64,000 bases of DNA from contig NC_082709.1 in assembly GCF_030144855.1 (NCBI RefSeq), positions 149,048,001 through 149,112,000 of the forward strand. Direction: 5' to 3'. Each line of letters begins with the position of its first letter. The first letter of the stretch is position 1. Shown one piece after another: positions 61,935-64,000 of the stretch. The DNA is from Hypanus sabinus. Taxonomy: Eukaryota. The notes under the pieces are model-generated. The model was not told where the DNA came from. It did not search any database and was given only the letters and a program-made list of their open reading frames with translations. Made by a program: the position numbers and the translations under genes.

Positions 61935-64000
61935 TGTGGACCCAGAACTGGCTTGCTCACAGAAGGCAAAGAGTGTTTGTAGACGGGTCATATTCTGCAT
62001 GGAGGTCGGTGACCAGTGGTGTGCCTCTGATCTGTTCTGGAACCTTTACTCTTCATGACTTTTATAAATGACCTGGATGAGGAAGTGGAGGGATGGGTTA
62101 GTAAGTTTGCTGATGGCACAAAGGTTGGAGGTGTTATGGATAGTGTGGAGGGCTGACCAGAGTTTACAGTGGGACATTGATAGGATACAAAACTGGGCTG
62201 AGAAGTGGCAGATGGAGTTCAACCCAGCTAAGTGTGAGGTGGGTCAAATATGATGGCAAAATATAGTATTAATGGTAAGACTCTTGGCAGTGTGGAGCAT
62301 CAGAGGGATCTTGGGGTCTGAGTCCATAGGATGATCAAAGCTGCTAAATAGGTTGACTCTGTGGTTAAGAAAGCATATGGAGCATTGGCCTTCATCAATT
62401 GTGGGATTGAGTTTAGGAGCCAAGAGGTAATGTTGCAGCTATATAGGACCCTGGTCAGATCCCATTTGGAGTACTGTGATATTTCTGGTCGCCTCACTAT
62501 AGGAAGGATTTGGAAACCATAGAAAGGGGGTACAGGAGGTTTTCAAGGATGTTGCCTGGACTGGGGAGCATGCCTTGTGAGAATAGGCTGAATAAACTTG
62601 GCCATATTTCCCTGGAGTGGCGGAGGATGAGAGGTGATCTGATAGAGGTGTATAAGATGATGAGAGGTATTGAATGTGTGGATAATCAGAGGCTTTTTCC
62701 AGGGCTGAAATGGCTAGCATGAGAAGGCATAGTTTTAAGGTGCTTGGAAATAGGTACAGAGGTGATGTCAGTGGTAAGTTTTTTTTTAAACGCAGAGAGT
62801 GGTGAGTGTGTGGAATGAGCTGCCAGCGTAGTGGTGGTGGCAAATACAACAGAGTCTTTTAAGAGACTCCTGGATAGGTACATGGAGCTCAGAAAAATAG
62901 AGGGCTCTGGGCAAACCTAAGTAATTTCTAAGTTAGGGACCTGTTTGGCACAGCTTTGTGGGCCAAAGGGCCTGTATTGTGCTGCAGGTTTCCAATGTTT
63001 GTGTTTGCTCCTTTTCAGTCTTCTGGAACCATACCAGAAACTAGTCATTCCTAGAAGATCATTACTAATGCCTCCACAGTTTCTCCTGCCTCCTTTTTTA
63101 GAGCCCTGGGCTGTACACCATCTGGTCCAGGTGACTTATTTAATTTCAGACCTTTCAGTTTCCCAAGAACCTTCTCCTTAAAAATGGAAAATCAACACAC
63201 TTCTAGCCCCTGACACTCTGGAACTTCCACTATACTGCTAGTGTCTTCCATAGTGAAGACAGATGCAAAATACTTCATCTGCCATTTACTTGTCCCCCAT
63301 TACTATCTCAACAGCATCATTTTCCAGTGGTCCAATATCTATTCAAACCTGTCTTTTACACTTCATGTATCTCAAGAAACTTTTCTTTAATATTATTGGC
63401 CAGCTTATTTTCGTATTCCATTTTTTTCCTTCTTAGTGATGTTTGTAGTTGCCTTCTGTTGGTTTTTAAAAGCTTCCCAATCCTCTAACTTCCCACTAAT
63501 TTTTGCTCTATTACATCCCCTGTCTTTGGCTTTTATGCTGGCTTTAACTTGTTTGCCATGCTTGTGTCATCTTGCCTTTTGAATGGGTCTTCCTCTTTGG
63601 GATGTATTTATCTTGTGCCTGCTGAATTGCTTAGAGAAATTCCAGACATTGCTGCCATGTCATCATCCCAGCCAGTGTTCTTTTCTAATCAATTCTGTCC
63701 AACTCCTCTCAGGCCTCTGTAATTCCCTTTACTCCACTCTAATATGGATCATCTGACCTTAATTTCCCTTCTCAAATTCAGGGTGAAATTAGTCATATTA
63801 TGATCACTTGCCACTAAAGGTTCTTTTACCTTCAGCTCTCTAATCAATTCTGGTTCACTGCCCAACACCCAATCCAGAATAGCTGATCCCCTAGTGGCCT
63901 CAACCATTAGCTGAGCAGCTCTAAAAAGAACAGCTTTTAGGCACTCTGGAAATTCCCACTCCTGGAATCTACTCCTGTTGTAATTGGCAGACTGCATTCT
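61935..64000. repeat. Paralog of window 405-2400 (CR1+ and CR1- composite)
   Basis: Same CR1/CR1 junction (gggcctgtattgtgctgcaggtttc then ttgctccttttcagtcttctggaacc) at about 1400 and 62990; near-identical ORFs 1370..1594 and 62945..63181. Confidence 0.9.

Overview
Repeat-dense vertebrate DNA, most likely a cartilaginous fish (ray/shark; inferred from the CR1, Penelope and SINE families and long introns). Under the TE cover is a minus-strand cluster of non-rearranging, germline-joined VJ-C1 immunoglobulin-superfamily receptor genes. Gene 1 has intact leader, VJ and C1 exons plus a TCR-like transmembrane exon that stops early (12952-14514). Gene 2 is a duplicated pseudogene that lost C1 and carries a BEL/Pao insertion (5296-12410). 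Gene 3 is a decayed copy with ITIM-like tail motifs (32122-34790). Orphan stalk/TM/ITIM-like exons of further copies lie at 53.4-55.8 kb. Two 3' exons of the SNF2-family gene TTF2 are on the + strand (37878-37960, 45896-46040). Other structure: a segmental duplication linking 1-2.4 kb with 57.7-64 kb, a full-length decayed L1 containing a near-perfect 3.4-kb inverted duplication around N gaps (probably an assembly artefact), an internally deleted BEL/Pao element, a decayed Gypsy element, four solo LTRs, a Tc1 fossil and many CR1/Penelope/Rex1/SINE fragments. All exon calls were made by hand from translation and splice signals; no database search was run.
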